A DNA stretch of 64,000 bases from Oscillatoriales cyanobacterium (GCA_011390955.1 JAABRM010000001.1:46694-110693), one strand, 5' to 3'. Positions 1 to 9,523 are shown, counted from the first letter of the stretch. Translations and numbers: made by a program. Notes: a model not told the origin generated them from the sequence alone.

Positions 1-888
1 GGATCGACTGCCTTGGTTGCGGTGGTGGCGATCGCCCTGGGTTTAAGGTTAGCAGGGGCGATCGCGGCTCAGATGAACCAAGAAGCCACGGCAGTCGCGG
101 CTTCAGCCCTGGAAATCGCTGCCACAATCGAAGCACAAGCCCGTATTTCAAGCTTACAAGCATCCTCAGTCCATGAAACTACTACCACAGTCGATGAGTT
201 AAATGCCTCAGCGCGAAAAATGTCGGAACAAGCGGAAAGTTCTGCCCAGAGTGCCAGTGCTGTAGCGGAACTAACTGCCCGAGGAAGCCATGCGATCGAG
301 CAAAGTTTACAAGAGATGACCATCTTGCAGCAAAAAGTAGGGGCGATCGCCGCCCAAATTCAAGAATTAAATCAGCAAGCCAGTCAGATTCGCCAAATCA
401 TCAGTTTGGTCAGCGATTTTGCCAGTCAAACTAATATGTTAGCCCTGAACGCATCGGTGGAAGCAGTGCGGGCGGGAGAACAAGGGAAAGGCTTTGGGGT
501 TGTAGCTAATTATATTCGCCAACTAGCGGATCAAAGTCGGGCATCCAGTCAACAAATCGATCGATTGATTAGTGAGATTCAAAGTAAGATTCAAGCAACC
601 GTAACGGTGTCACAAGAAGGGCAAAAAATTGTCGCCAATAGCGTAGAAATTTCGGAAAATACAGCAGCAGCGTTTACACAAGTTAGGAATTCTATGAATA
701 ACATGGTTGTGAATTCTCAGCAAATTTCCTTAGCAGCCAGCCAGCAAACTCAGGCGATCGAGCAGATTGTTCAAGCTATGCAAAATCTGAATATTGCCGC
801 CAAAGAAAGCGCTGACGGCATCGCCCAAGTTCAATTGGCTACCCAACAGTTAAGTCATTCGGCAGAAAATTTACAAAACATGATTTAG
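1..888 (+). CDS. methyl-accepting chemotaxis protein, C-terminal portion (5' end truncated by window edge)
   Basis: Frame is open back to position 1. Highly conserved MCP signalling-domain signature '...NMLALNASVEAVRAGEQGKGFGVVANYIRQLADQS...' with an Ala/Gln-rich coiled-coil context. Confidence 0.85.
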   Translation, partial: GSTALVAVVAIALGLRLAGAIAAQMNQEATAVAASALEIAATIEAQARISSLQASSVHETTTTVDELNASARKMSEQAESSAQSASAVAELTARGSHAIEQSLQEMTILQQKVGAIAAQIQELNQQASQIRQIISLVSDFASQTNMLALNASVEAVRAGEQGKGFGVVANYIRQLADQSRASSQQIDRLISEIQSKIQATVTVSQEGQKIVANSVEISENTAAAFTQVRNSMNNMVVNSQQISLAASQQTQAIEQIVQAMQNLNIAAKESADGIAQVQLATQQLSHSAENLQNMI

Positions 889-917
889 TAGGCATTGCAT
901 TGCCCACCAAATCTTTA

Positions 918-1140
918 TAGCACCTTGCGGAGTTATGAAGTACAAAAAAACTTGTCATTCCCGCGCGGGAATACCGAAAAACTCTGTAATCGAATAAAAA
1001 CCGCCATATAAGTAGGCGAACATAATTAATTGCACTTTTCGTTCCCCACCGTAAATCCTTGGATTCCCGCCTTCGCGGGAATGACAGTTTTTCTCCCGAT
1101 CTGGTCTGCATTTATTTCTGCCCACCTACTTAGTGCTTGC
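918..1140. repeat. composite MITE-like dispersed repeat, copy 1
   Basis: Left module 'agttatgaagtacaaaaaaacttgtcattcccgcgcgggaat' and inverted right module 'ggattcccgccttcgcgggaatgacag...tttatttctgcccacctactta'. The same modules recur at 15062-15550, 32440-32575 and 57095-57500. Confidence 0.65.
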
Positions 1141-1156
1141 CTAAAATTTACCCTAA

Positions 1157-2812
1157 ATGAGCAGCAAATTACCCAAAATGGCTATTTTATCTTCAACTTA
1201 TTCTCTTGATGCCAATCTCTTGAATACCGACCCAATTAAATGCCCGAATTGCGGTCAATTCCACCCTGGTCAATTGGCTTCTCATGGCCATGACGTTTGG
1301 GCAGATATGCCCAATGACCCCATAGAATTGACCAACGATTTAATTAAAATGGGGCTTTATTCCTCGGAAGTTTTGGATTTAGCCACAACTCTGACGGAAA
1401 ATCAGTTAAAGGTTTCTTTTTGCCAATTTTTCCGCAATCGCCTCGATTTGTCGCCAAACGAATTCGCCATCAATTCATCCCTTGATGGGGTCGATCGCCT
1501 TTGTTTAGAAGTGATTCAAACAGCGGGAGGCATAGAGGCAGCATTTGCCGCTGCTTTTGGCGATCGCCAAGGGGAACTATTTCAAGATACCATCAAAACC
1601 GGAAACTTTAATCGGCGGCAATTTTTAGCAAGAGTTCTCACGGTAGCTTCCTTAATCATGCTCACCAATTGCCAAAAAGACCAAACCGCAGATTTAACAT
1701 CCGATTCTCCCAATAATTTAGCACAAAAATTAGAGAAACCCGCGATAAAAATCGGGTTTATGCCGGTGACTTGTGCCACGCCAATTATTATGTCACAGCC
1801 TTTAGGTTTTTATGAGAAATATGGTTTAAAAGTAGAATTGGTGAAAATGCAGAATTGGGCACAAGTCAGGGATTCCGCGATCGCAGGGGAACTGGATGCC
1901 TACCATATGCTATCCCCCATGCCTTTGGCCATTAGCTTGGGTTTAGGTTCTCCCAGATTTCCCATTAAATTGGCCAGCATTGAAAATACTAACGGTAATG
2001 CCCTGACTGTGGCGATTAAACATAAAAATAAAGTCAAAAGTGCCGCAGAATTGAAAGGATTTACCATCGCCATTCCTCTTATTTATTCAATACAAAATCT
2101 TTTATTGCGCTACTATCTCGCCGCTGGCGGATTAAACCCCGATCGAGATGTCAAATTGGTGGTTTTACCCCCAGCAGATATGATAATAAAACTGGCTAAT
2201 GGGGAAATTGACGCGATGATTGTGGCCGAACCTTTTAATCAAAAAGCGGTGGCGGAAAAACTGGGTTTTATTCATATTCTGAGTTCGGAAATTTGGCCGG
2301 GACATCCCTGTTGTTGTTTAGCCACAGGGCAGCCTTGGATTTCCCAATATCCCAATACTTTTCGGGCATTAAATAAGGCAATTATTGATGGCTGTAATTA
2401 TGCCAGTCAATCGCAACATCGCGCTGAAATTGCCCGCGCGATCGCTGCCCCAGAATATTTGAATCAACCAGAGTCTTTAGTGAAAGCAGTGCTCACCGGC
2501 AGCTTTGAAGATGGTCTAGGGAATATACACAATGTGCGCGATCGCATTGACTTTGACCCTTATCCTTGGAAAAGCTTTTCTTACTGGATCGCCACCCAAT
2601 TTCAACGCTGGAACCTGATGCCATCAAACGTAGACCATGAAGCCATTGCTGATGAAGTATTTCTCACCGGGTTAGCTAGGCATCTCGCGAAACAATTAGG
2701 TCAAAATCCCCCTACGGTGATTCTGCGGAAAGAACAGTTAAAATACGATCGCTTTGACCCCACTGACCCGGAAGCTTATCTGCAACAACAGATTAAAAAA
2801 TTTGGTTTTTAG
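1157..2812 (+). CDS. NrtA/CmpA/SsuA-family ABC-type substrate-binding-domain protein with ~150-aa N-terminal extension (CxxC...HxH) and an internal Tat-like RRQFLA motif plus hydrophobic segment
   Basis: Residues ~190-551 match the NrtA-like periplasmic binding fold ('KIGFMPVTCATPIIMSQPLGFYEKYGLKVELVKMQNWAQVRDS', 'EIDAMIVAEPFNQKA'). 'FNRRQFLARVLTVASLIMLTNC' resembles a Tat signal/lipobox but lies ~150 aa from the ORF start. No in-frame ATG/GTG/TTG lies immediately before it. Confidence 0.7.
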   Translation: MSSKLPKMAILSSTYSLDANLLNTDPIKCPNCGQFHPGQLASHGHDVWADMPNDPIELTNDLIKMGLYSSEVLDLATTLTENQLKVSFCQFFRNRLDLSPNEFAINSSLDGVDRLCLEVIQTAGGIEAAFAAAFGDRQGELFQDTIKTGNFNRRQFLARVLTVASLIMLTNCQKDQTADLTSDSPNNLAQKLEKPAIKIGFMPVTCATPIIMSQPLGFYEKYGLKVELVKMQNWAQVRDSAIAGELDAYHMLSPMPLAISLGLGSPRFPIKLASIENTNGNALTVAIKHKNKVKSAAELKGFTIAIPLIYSIQNLLLRYYLAAGGLNPDRDVKLVVLPPADMIIKLANGEIDAMIVAEPFNQKAVAEKLGFIHILSSEIWPGHPCCCLATGQPWISQYPNTFRALNKAIIDGCNYASQSQHRAEIARAIAAPEYLNQPESLVKAVLTGSFEDGLGNIHNVRDRIDFDPYPWKSFSYWIATQFQRWNLMPSNVDHEAIADEVFLTGLARHLAKQLGQNPPTVILRKEQLKYDRFDPTDPEAYLQQQIKKFGF

Positions 2813-2814
2813 TT

Positions 2815-3030
2815 ATTAGTTGTTTGTTGTTGGTTGTTGGTTGTTGGTTGTTGGTTGTTTGTTGCCCCCCCTTGAAGGGGGGGTTGGGGGGGGTGTTGTT
2901 AGTTATTGGTTATTGGTTATTAGCCGGATCCTATGTATTACAAATAACAAACAACAAATAACAAACAACAAATAACAAACAACAAACAACAAACAACAAA
3001 CAACAAACAACAAACAACAAACAACAAATC
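2815..3030. repeat. STRR-like heptanucleotide tandem arrays arranged as a large inverted repeat (TTGTTGG arm ... CAACAAA arm) around a C7-TTGAA-G7 hairpin
   Basis: Direct reading: 'ttgttggttgttggttgttgg...ttgcccccccttgaaggggggg...caaataacaaacaacaaataacaaacaac...'. It starts 3 nt after the stop of the upstream gene. Confidence 0.85.
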
Positions 3031-3472
3031 TTAATACTTTGGGCAAATTTTTAACATTTATTCATATAAATATATATTGAAATTAGTTGAAAATTCTGGG
3101 CAAGTGAATTACAATATATACAATCATACCAGCAAAAATCGACCCCGCATTGCTTATATGCCAAGACATTTGGCAGTTTTGTCCATAAAAAATTAGCTCA
3201 GTAATCGCTGAAATTTCTAAAAAAGTCACCTCAGATTATTTCATAAACTCAGATTTTTTTTAAGATTTTATACAAAAACTTGAGTCAGGACTCTCGAAAA
3301 TGTAACCAAAAATAATGTTTTGGTAAAAAATGTTGCATTTTGTACCTGATAAATCAGATAATGTGTAATTATAAAAAAATAGTTAAGGAAATGGTTCCGC
3401 TGGATTTCTCTGTATTGCAGCGATATTCCAGCGATCGCAAAACAACCCGATGCTCCAAATCCTTGATCCAAG

Positions 3473-3718
3473 ATGAGGAGCCTTTTAGAGGAGGTAAGTA
3501 TGAGTCCCAGCACGCTGCGCCATCTTTGGCACTTAATTGAAAAAACTCAGGGCAGTATCTTATTATCGATGGATGATAAGGGTTTGGTGCAATGGTTGAT
3601 TTCGCAATTTCAGCAAGAACAAGCGCTCGACCCTCAAGAAACGAATTATATTCAAAATTACCTGAACTCTAGACTTTTGCTAATTCGGGACTTGGCTCAA
3701 GAACGGGTGGCTACATAA
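3473..3718 (+). CDS. hypothetical small protein (weak call)
   Basis: 81-codon ORF in an otherwise gene-free AT-rich 1.3-kb region; no recognisable motif. Confidence 0.2.
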   Translation: MRSLLEEVSMSPSTLRHLWHLIEKTQGSILLSMDDKGLVQWLISQFQQEQALDPQETNYIQNYLNSRLLLIRDLAQERVAT

Positions 3719-4362
3719 GTCATTTGAGCGATTTTGCTGTAGTTATTTGGGTGACTGGACTTGCTTCAAGTGATTTCAGTCCAGTCAGTCTAAACTCTGC
3801 ATTAAAACAAAATTAAAACCAAATTGCCACAAAAGCGATCGCGTTTATTTGAACATTAATTGAGCCGTAATTGAGCATGATTTGACCCGTAATTGAGTAT
3901 TATTTGAGTATTAATACCATTGACAAAAAGTTATGCAATAGTAGGGGCGCAATGCTTGCGCCCAAATAAACCTGGGAATTACAGCAGTAATTTTTAAAAT
4001 TCGTATAATTAAATGGCTTGAGAGAGAGTCATTGTTTTTGTTGATGAATTATCATCAGATAAAAAAATGAATGAAAAAAAAGTTAATCATTTTGCGAGTT
4101 AATTGAAAGTCAATTGAGTCAGGGGGCTGGTTTTGGGATAAATTTCCCCGGAATTTGCGGTTTGGGGTCTTTGGCAACGGGCGACAAAGATGATATGATA
4201 TATCTTGCCGATCGCTCCCAGATCGGGTCTGATGATTAGTTGTAAAATTAAAACAACTACATCACCATACCCCTAAAAATAACCCGATGATTCACTGAAA
4301 TCAAGGTGGGAAATTAGGGGCCTTGTTCTGTAGGTCAGATATCGGTTACGACAACAACTTCT

Positions 4363-6774
4363 ATGTTGTTGGAGGTGAAATTGAATCCCAAAGAAGACTC
4401 TGTACTAAATTCTACTGCTGCATCTGAACGATCGCGATCTGACCATGATGGGATCCTTAACCAGTCATGGCCAGAGGTATTTTATGCGTATTTCCCGGCG
4501 ATCGCCTTGACCCTTGATGCCGCAGGATTTGTCCGTTGGGCGAATCAATGGGCAGAACAATCCCTGGGTTATCTTCAAGGGGAATTAATTGGCAAATCTT
4601 TTGCGGAGATGCTGGAAGCATCAGAATGGGATTTACTGGTAGAAGAAATCAAGATTGATTCGGATCCAGTCGGTATAGTGAAAACTTGGGATACTTGTCT
4701 GAAAAAGAAAGATGGCAGTTTTTGTTGTCTGAGACTGACCCTGCGCTCCCTCGCCGCTAATGCAGAATTATTCCCCGATCGCCCCTCATCCCAATTAGTG
4801 AATTCTCCACTGATTATTTTGGTAGTGGGACAGACAATTACCCCACAGAAACATGAGAGTTTATGGGCAGAAAAATTACAGCGATCGCTGGCATTGTTGC
4901 AAGGGTTTATCGCATCCAGTCCCAATGGGATTATGCTCGAAGATAGTGATGGAGAAATTATCGCCTGCAACGAGCGATTTCGCCAACTCTGGGGACTGTC
5001 CAGGGGAGAGACAAATCGGTCATCCCAGTCTGAACTTGAGGCGATCGCCCAGCAATTAAAAAATCCCGCAGCTTTTCAAGCGCAACTTCAGCAATTTTCG
5101 GCAAAATCTGATGCCTTCGGCGATCGATTGCTGGAATTAAAAGATGGTCGCATTTTTGAATTTTCCACCCAACCGCAACGCTGGCAAAACCAAATTGTAG
5201 GCCGAATTTGGGTTTTCCAAGATATTACGGAGCGATCGCAGACTCAAGCCACCCTCAAATTCACCCAATCATCCATCGCTCGCAGTGCGGAAGCCGCCTT
5301 TTGGTTATCCGCTGATGGTCGTTTCTGCTATGTCAACGATGCCGCTTGCCGTTCCTTGGGATATCCTCGGGAACAGTTACTAGAAATGACGATTTTTGAC
5401 ATTAACCCAGATTTGTCAGAAACCGACTGGCAACAACAATGGCAAGATTTAAAACAACGGGGTTCTTTTCATTTAAAATCTCATCAACTGTCAGGAAAAG
5501 GGACAACCACTCCCTTAGAAGTCACCGTAAATTATGTCGAGTTTAAAGGAGAAGCTTATGGCTGTTCTTTTATTCATCAGCTTTCCCAAGCGAAAGAAAC
5601 AGATTTAATCCGGCGCCAAGAACAAGAACGACAGAAACTCCTGGGACAAATTGCCACAAAAATTCGCCAATCCCTGAATGCTCAAGAAATTTTGCAAACT
5701 ACGGTGGATGAAGTTCGGCAATTGTTAAATACTGACCGGGTATTGGTTTTCCGCTTTAATCCCGATTGGACTGGGCAAGTGATCGTAGAATCCGTGGGAG
5801 CGGATTCTTTGGCTATTTTAAACGAAAAAATTCACGACCCATGCTTTGAAGCCCGCTATATTCTCCCGTATCAAGAAGGAAGAGTTAAAGCAACTGAAGA
5901 TATCTATACGGCGAATCTAACTCAATGTCATCTAGATTTATTATCGCGATTTCACGTTAGAGCAAATTTAGTGGTGCCGATTCTCTTTAATCAAGAAATT
6001 AAACATCAAGAAATTCAACAGCTATCTGATGAGGAAACGGAAAGTTTACCCGATGAAGGATTAGGGGAAGATATACCAAAAGTAGAGCATTCTAAGTTAT
6101 GGGGTCTGTTGGTTGCCCATCAATGTCGTAGTCCTCGGCAGTGGCAATTGTGGGAAATGAATTTACTGCAACAATTGGGAGTTCATGTGGCGATCGCGAT
6201 TCAACAATCCACCTTATTTGAACAACTCCAAGCCACGAACAAAGAGTTAGAACGTCTTGCCAGTTATGACGGTCTGACCCAAGTGGCTAATCGTCGTTTA
6301 TTTGATAATTTCTTACAGAAAGAATGGCGGCGAATGCTCCGAGAAGAATCTTGGTTATCCTTGATTCTGTGTGATATTGATTACTTTAAACCTTACAATG
6401 ACACCTACGGCCATTTAGCTGGGGATAGTTGTTTGCAACAAGTGGCAGCAGCGATTAGTTCTGTGGTCAAACGTCCCGCTGATTTAGTCGCCCGTTATGG
6501 GGGGGAAGAGTTTGCGATTATTCTACCGAATACCCACTTATCTGGTGCGGTAAAAGTTGGGGAAAAAATTTGCGCCCAAATCAATCAGTTGAAAATTCCT
6601 CACCAGGGATCTTTAGTGTCTCATCAAATTACCCTCAGTTTAGGAATTGCCAGTATTTTTCCTCATCCCGATGAATCACCCAAAATTTTGATTAATGCCG
6701 CAGATCGGGCATTATATCGAGCCAAAGAACAAGGACGCGATCGCATCTGCACCAACAAAGTTTCTTGCTTTTAA
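4363..6774 (+). CDS. sensory diguanylate cyclase, PAS-PAS-PAS-GAF-GGDEF
   Basis: C-terminal GGDEF domain with intact '[12 protein letters not shown]' active-site motif and '[14 protein letters not shown]' linker. Upstream GAF-like segment ('[19 protein letters not shown]'...'[17 protein letters not shown]') and several PAS-like blocks. Confidence 0.85.
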   Translation: MLLEVKLNPKEDSVLNSTAASERSRSDHDGILNQSWPEVFYAYFPAIALTLDAAGFVRWANQWAEQSLGYLQGELIGKSFAEMLEASEWDLLVEEIKIDSDPVGIVKTWDTCLKKKDGSFCCLRLTLRSLAANAELFPDRPSSQLVNSPLIILVVGQTITPQKHESLWAEKLQRSLALLQGFIASSPNGIMLEDSDGEIIACNERFRQLWGLSRGETNRSSQSELEAIAQQLKNPAAFQAQLQQFSAKSDAFGDRLLELKDGRIFEFSTQPQRWQNQIVGRIWVFQDITERSQTQATLKFTQSSIARSAEAAFWLSADGRFCYVNDAACRSLGYPREQLLEMTIFDINPDLSETDWQQQWQDLKQRGSFHLKSHQLSGKGTTTPLEVTVNYVEFKGEAYGCSFIHQLSQAKETDLIRRQEQERQKLLGQIATKIRQSLNAQEILQTTVDEVRQLLNTDRVLVFRFNPDWTGQVIVESVGADSLAILNEKIHDPCFEARYILPYQEGRVKATEDIYTANLTQCHLDLLSRFHVRANLVVPILFNQEIKHQEIQQLSDEETESLPDEGLGEDIPKVEHSKLWGLLVAHQCRSPRQWQLWEMNLLQQLGVHVAIAIQQSTLFEQLQATNKELERLASYDGLTQVANRRLFDNFLQKEWRRMLREESWLSLILCDIDYFKPYNDTYGHLAGDSCLQQVAAAISSVVKRPADLVARYGGEEFAIILPNTHLSGAVKVGEKICAQINQLKIPHQGSLVSHQITLSLGIASIFPHPDESPKILINAADRALYRAKEQGRDRICTNKVSCF

Positions 6775-6988
6775 AGAAATCTCCTGATTGTTGGTCTACA
6801 ATCTGCCTGCGCGATCGGGTGGACTTTAGGGTAGGCTAGATGGCGGATCCGAACCCGCCGATTTCCCTCTGATTTCACGCAACCGGATCTAACTTAGTAC
6901 CATTCATCCAGAACAATTAACTCTCTAGGGATATCTTTATAAGGACAGTCTAAATATAAGTCTAAATGTAGTGGGGAGTGAAAAACCG

Positions 6989-8080
6989 ATGAGATTCTCT
7001 TGGCGTTGGTTATTAAGTTTTGGATTCATGGGATTATCCGTAGCGGTTTGCCTTTTGCAGCCTGCCTTATTAGTCAATAGTGCCAGCAATCCTCCATCCT
7101 ATCAGGCACAATCAGTTAATCCCGGAACCTTTAACCCTTCTGGTAAATTTGCCCTGGTCAAAACCCTGGACGATTCAGAACAAGGGCATATCTCTAGAGT
7201 CAACGACCTGGCGATTAGTCCCGATGGCAAAGTCCTCATTAGTGCCAGTCGAGATAAAACCATTAAACTCTGGAATCTAGAAACCGCAAGCTTAATTACC
7301 ACCTTGTCCCAAGATGCTAAAGAAATTTACTCCGTGGCGATTTCTCCCGACGGGCAAACCTTGGCTAGTGGCAGTGCGGACGAAACCATCAAGATTTGGC
7401 GACTGAACCTCAGCCAACTGGCCATCAATTCCCAGATTCCCGTCGCCTCGTTAGAATTCACCAAAAAAGCCCATGACTTTGGGGTGAGTGCAGTGGCGAT
7501 CTCTCCCGATGGCCAAACCATTGCTACTGCCAGCCCAGATAGGAGGATTAAATTATGGAACCTCGCCACTCTCGAAGAAAAAGAAGAGCTTAAAGGCCAT
7601 AACAGCTTTGTTTGGGACGTAGCATTTAGTCCCGATGGTCGCACCTTGGCCAGTGCTAGTTACGATCAAACCGTCAGAATTTGGAACTTAGGCAGAGGGT
7701 TTCGCAAACGTGAACTGAAAGGTCACGAGTCTCCAGTCCTCTGTGTGGCTTTCAGTCCTGATGGTCTTATGTTGGCCAGTGCCAGCAGCAATGGCACGAT
7801 TAAATTGTGGAATCCCCGGACAGGTCAAGTGATTAGTACCCTGGCAAGGCATACTTCTACGGTGATGTCCCTGCAATTTAGCCCCGATGGACAATATTTA
7901 GCTAGTGGGGGTGCAGACAATGTGGTGAAAATTTGGAATCCGATCAACGGTGCTGTCCTGGAAACCCTCCGAGGACATATTAATCCAGTGACAGCAGTCG
8001 CTTTTACCCCCGATGGTAAGACGTTGGTCAGTGGCAGTGCCGATCGCACGATTAAAATTTGGCAGCGTCGCGAAAATTAG
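6989..8080 (+). CDS. secreted WD40-repeat protein (7 WD repeats)
   Basis: ATG at 6989 preceded by GGAG at ~11 nt; the ORF caller's GTG at 6971 is less likely. N-terminal signal peptide 'MRFSWRWLLSFGFMGLSVAVCLLQ'. Repeated '...SPDG(Q/K)TLASGSxDxTIKLWN' WD40 units. Confidence 0.8.
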   Translation: MRFSWRWLLSFGFMGLSVAVCLLQPALLVNSASNPPSYQAQSVNPGTFNPSGKFALVKTLDDSEQGHISRVNDLAISPDGKVLISASRDKTIKLWNLETASLITTLSQDAKEIYSVAISPDGQTLASGSADETIKIWRLNLSQLAINSQIPVASLEFTKKAHDFGVSAVAISPDGQTIATASPDRRIKLWNLATLEEKEELKGHNSFVWDVAFSPDGRTLASASYDQTVRIWNLGRGFRKRELKGHESPVLCVAFSPDGLMLASASSNGTIKLWNPRTGQVISTLARHTSTVMSLQFSPDGQYLASGGADNVVKIWNPINGAVLETLRGHINPVTAVAFTPDGKTLVSGSADRTIKIWQRREN

Positions 8081-8084
8081 GCAT

Positions 8085-8143
8085 TTGTTGTTGGTTGTTG
8101 GTTGCTGGTTGTTGGTTATTGGTTGTTTGTTGTTGGTGATTTG
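8085..8143. repeat. STRR-like TTGTTGG array (left arm)
   Basis: 'tttgttgttggttgttggttgctggttgttggttattggttgtttgttgttgg'. Pairs with the CAACAAA arm at 8411-8503. Confidence 0.8.
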
Positions 8144-8179
8144 GAAGTCCTGAATGCAAACAACAGGGAGCCGCCAATC

Positions 8180-8330
8180 GAGCGTCTTGTGCGTCTTGTG
8201 CGTCTTGTGCGTCTTGTGCGGGGGAGCGGCGGTTCGGCTTCGCTCACCGACCGAGGAGCAGAGGAGCAGAGGAGCAGAGGAGCAGAGGAGCAGAGGAGCA
8301 GAGGAGCAGAGGAGCAGAGGAGCAGAGGAG
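8180..8330. repeat. two adjacent 9-mer tandem arrays: (GCGTCTTGT)x4 and (GAGGAGCAG)x~9
   Basis: Direct reading. A second (GAGGAGCAG)n + 'gagagagtgaa...ttttcacttttcact' block occurs at 57305-57400. Confidence 0.85.
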
Positions 8331-8410
8331 AGAGTGAATAGTGATACCTATTTTCACTTTTCACTTGTACGGGCGAATGCGAGAACGCCCCTACGAATGC
8401 ATCACTTTCC

Positions 8411-8503
8411 CCAACCAACAACCAACAGCAAACAACAACTAACAACAAACAACAACCAACAAACAACAACCAACAACAAACAACCAACAAACAACAAACA
8501 ACA
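8411..8503. repeat. STRR-like CAACAAA/CCAACAA array (right arm)
   Basis: 'ccaaccaacaaccaacagcaaacaacaactaacaacaaacaacaacc...'. Confidence 0.8.
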
Positions 8504-8513
8504 GGAAAAAACT

Positions 8514-9317
8514 ATGACCAATTCATACACAGAAAGCGATCGCGAATGGTGGGCGCAACAATGGGTCGATTTATTAAATTCTTATCGGTTTAAAAAGCGC
8601 TTAGAACGAGGGCGTCGCTATGCGATCGAAGGAAATGTGCGATCCATTGACTTTTCCGAGCAAAAAATCATCGCAAAAGTTCAAGGCACTGAAGCTGAAC
8701 CTTATGAACTTTCTCTATGGCTGGATCGGTTTACCGCAGAAGATTGGCAATATGTAGTCCAAAGTTTATCGGAAAAAGCGATATTTTCCGCTAAGTTATT
8801 AGCCGGAGAAATGCCCGCCAATATTGAGGATGTTTTTGCAGCCAATGGGCTCAGACTATTTCCCTTTAAATTATCGGAAATTCATTCCCGCTGTAGTTGT
8901 CCCGATAAGGCTAATCCCTGTAAACATATTGCAGCGGTCTATTATTTGTTGGGCGATCGCTTCAGTGAAGACCCCTTTTTATTATTTCAATTGCGCGGTC
9001 GCAGTCAAGCAGAACTGATTGCTAACCTCCGGGAAATTCGCGGAACCGAAGCATCAGAAACCACAGCGGAAACGGATAATATACCGGAAAAAACTCCGGT
9101 AATTTTTGCAAAATCTCCCCTTAATTTAGAAGATTTTTGGCAATACGATCGACAGTTAGATTCTGGGTTAGTCGTGATTGCCCCACCCCCAAGTAGTGAA
9201 ACTATTTTAGATGTGCTCGGACCGATTGGATCCCCCGTCGTGACTGAGTATTTGCAAAGCGTTTATCCGCTGATTAGTCAACAGGCAATTCTGACCGGAT
9301 TAAATCGTGATGACTAA
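8514..9317 (+). CDS. SWIM zinc-finger domain protein
   Basis: ATG at 8514 with upstream 'aggaaaaaact'. SWIM CxCxnCxH motif 'CSCPDKANPCKHIAAV'. The caller's longer ORF (8154) only adds translation of the repeat arrays. Confidence 0.7.
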   Translation: MTNSYTESDREWWAQQWVDLLNSYRFKKRLERGRRYAIEGNVRSIDFSEQKIIAKVQGTEAEPYELSLWLDRFTAEDWQYVVQSLSEKAIFSAKLLAGEMPANIEDVFAANGLRLFPFKLSEIHSRCSCPDKANPCKHIAAVYYLLGDRFSEDPFLLFQLRGRSQAELIANLREIRGTEASETTAETDNIPEKTPVIFAKSPLNLEDFWQYDRQLDSGLVVIAPPPSSETILDVLGPIGSPVVTEYLQSVYPLISQQAILTGLNRDD

Positions 9318-9523
9318 CTCTTGTGACGCAGCGAAATAACTCAGGGAACCCAAAATAAACCAAATTCCTACAGTGGGTATTGCTCACCGTAGGAATTTGG
9401 CTGCTTAATTTTTGGCTGTTTAATTACTGATTAGACAATTCTGGCATAATTTTTGCCGAAAAGTCACCCTAACAAAACCATTACAATGGCTAAAACCTTT
9501 ACTATATAAAGCTTTGACATTAA

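Noticed and set aside
900-915. Possible terminator hairpin after the MCP gene ('ggcattgcattgcc')
   Set aside because: The stem is imperfect and short and there is no T-tract; it was not convincing.
4575-4970. Antisense and overlapping small ORFs inside large genes (e.g. 4575-4970, 7102-7894 set, 16157-17326 set, 24178-24423, 30059-31691 set, 34056-34363, 36117-36825, 41122-41684, 43147-43730, 47551-47832)
   Set aside because: Each is embedded in or antisense to a long ORF that has clear family motifs; none has its own motif or start signal.
8102-8490. ORFs 8102-8341(+), 8116-8490(-) and the 8154 start of the SWIM ORF
   Set aside because: They are translations of the TTGTTGG, GCGTCTTGT and GAGGAGCAG tandem arrays, i.e. 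low-complexity repeat peptides. The SWIM gene has a proper ATG with an A/G-rich SD at 8514.
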